Assembly (NCBI GenBank): GCA_016209035.1
Contig: JACQWX010000029.1
Coordinates: forward strand, 1,676 to 65,675
Direction of reading: 5' to 3'
DNA length: 64,000 nucleotides
Source of the DNA: Elusimicrobiota bacterium
GTDB taxonomy: Bacteria > Elusimicrobiota > Elusimicrobia > UBA1565 > UBA9628
Part shown: positions 63,085 through 64,000 of the stretch, in pieces
Position numbering within the stretch: position 1 is the first letter of the stretch
Layout: every line of letters starts with the position of its first letter
The notes under the pieces: model-generated
Seen by the model: only the letters and a program-made list of their open reading frames with translations
What the model was told of the DNA's origin: nothing
Databases searched by the model: none
Program-made: the position numbers and the translations under genes

Positions 63085-64000
63085 AATGGTCTTTAATCCC
63101 TTCGTGACCGTGCGATCCCTCCTTCTGCGTTCCCTCCTGTGCGGCCTCTGCGCCGCCGTCCCGCCTGCCGTCTGTCCTGCGCAGGGACGCTCGCCCTCGG
63201 GCCTCGACTTCGCCGCGCCGGCCAAGCGGCTCGTCAAGGAGTGCCGCAACGCGATCTCCCGGTCCGAGTCAGCGCTGGCGGCCGTGCTCAGCGTGTCGGA
63301 GGGGAGCCCGGATTTCACCAACACTCCGGAGGCCGTGGAGAACACCCTGGCCGACTGCCGCGAGGCTACGGCCGCGCTCTCTTTCTTGAGGTTCGTCTCG
63401 ACCACGAGCGCGGTCCGCGACGCGGCCCTCGCCTGCGATCGAGCGCTCCGACAGTTCGAAGAGCGAACCTTCTCCCGGGCCGACCTCCATGCCGCGGTCC
63501 TGCGCTACACGGACCTCAAGGCGCCCCTGGCGGGAGAGCCCGAGCTCCTGGTGGAGACCCAGCTCAAGGACTTCAAGGCCGGCGGCGCGGCGTTGAGACC
63601 GGGCGACCGCGAGAGCCTGACGCGCTTGAGGACCCAGATCGCGGACCTCGAAACCTCCTTCATGGAGAACATCGCGGCCGCCGACGCCGCGGACCACCTT
63701 GATGTCTCGACCGACGAACTCGCGGGGCTGCCCGCGGAGTTCCTGGAGGGCCTGCCTGCGGAGCAGGGACGCCGCCGAGTGGGGGTGTCCCTCGACCAGT
63801 ACTCCCCGGTCATGACGCTCGCGAGGGCCCCTTCGACCCGTCGGTTCCTCGCCACCCTGCGCGAGAGCCGGGCCAAGGAGAACCTCCCGGTCCTCGACCG
63901 CCTGCTGACCCTGCGCAGGGAGGAGGCCGGGCTCCTCGGCTACCCGTCCTTCTCCCATCTCATGCTCGAGGGCCGCATGCTCGGCAATCCCCTGGCGGTC
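63085..64000 (+). CDS. M3-family oligopeptidase (Dcp/OpdA/thimet-like), N-terminal 305 codons; continues beyond window
   Basis: The open frame from ATG 63085 to the window end has no stop. It has a signal-like N-terminus and M3 N-terminal helical-domain features (FLRFVSTTSAVRDAALACDRALRQFEE, LLTLRREEAGLLGYPSFSHLMLEGRMLGNP). It was not reported by the ORF track, which lists an Arg-rich alternate frame instead. Confidence 0.7.

Noticed and set aside
63139-63702. 187-aa Arg-rich plus-strand ORF
   Set aside because: It is an alternate frame of the M3 peptidase gene. The frame starting at ATG 63085 is open to the window end and carries M3-type sequence.
1-64000. CRISPR arrays, tRNA/rRNA genes, transposases/integrases
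   Set aside because: Intergenic regions were scanned by eye. They show no short regularly spaced direct repeats, no tRNA-like cloverleaf candidates and no transposase- or integrase-like ORFs. The only periodic repeats are protein-coding (Ig-like array).

Overview
This is a high-GC (~68%) window from a diderm bacterium. It carries a complete lipid A core cluster (skp/ompH, lpxD, lpxC, fabZ, lpxA, lpxI, Gfo/Idh/MocA gene, lpxB) and a TolC-family gene.

Genes along the window, in order:
- **1-7 kb, minus strand:** a tightly packed operon of MerR-HTH/REC regulator, TPP (ALS-like) enzyme, O-methyltransferase, family-5 solute-binding protein, cupin, and a periplasm-sensing histidine kinase.
- **7-11.4 kb, plus strand:** a second signalling cluster of OmpR regulator, membrane histidine kinase, CheY-like receiver, and a hybrid REC-HK-REC protein.
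- **12.3-36.2 kb:** two giant surface-protein genes (2883 aa and 4065 aa) built from FN3, Ig-like, CARDB-like and carboxypeptidase-regulatory-like domains; the 4065-aa protein also has two NHL beta-propellers.
  - Giant 2 ends in a T9SS-type C-terminal sorting domain and is translationally coupled to a PorV/PorQ-like outer-membrane barrel.
  - A ~4-kb low-GC (~45-55%) island (~20.15-24.3 kb) spans the junction of the two giants. It covers the Cys-rich tail of giant 1, a 350-aa hypothetical protein, a tandem-rhodanese protein, and the N-terminal domain of giant 2.
- **36.2-49.5 kb:** the lipid A core cluster (lpxD to lpxB), then a ZIP transporter, a short RelA/SpoT (Rel) lacking its C-terminal regulatory domains, a small hypothetical ORF, a NYN protein and a polytopic membrane protein on the minus strand, rpmB (L28), and recG.
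- **49.5-54 kb:** a secreted hypothetical, then a TetR-TolC-HlyD-ABC efflux operon that is decayed: the HlyD gene has a frameshift, and a deletion has fused the ABC ATPase gene to the permease gene.
- **54-64 kb:** a Zn-ribbon membrane protein, a cupin, a PilZ protein, metH, a HEAT-repeat secreted protein, coaD, a membrane-anchored hypothetical, an M14 carboxypeptidase behind a consensus leaderless promoter, and a partial M3 peptidase.

No rRNA, tRNA, CRISPR arrays or transposases were seen. The most unusual signals are the composition island between the giant adhesins, near-identical short elements inserted in-frame into unrelated genes (metH, the carboxypeptidase, lpxD), and the decayed efflux operon. 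All calls rest on reading the translations and sequence by eye; no searches were run.
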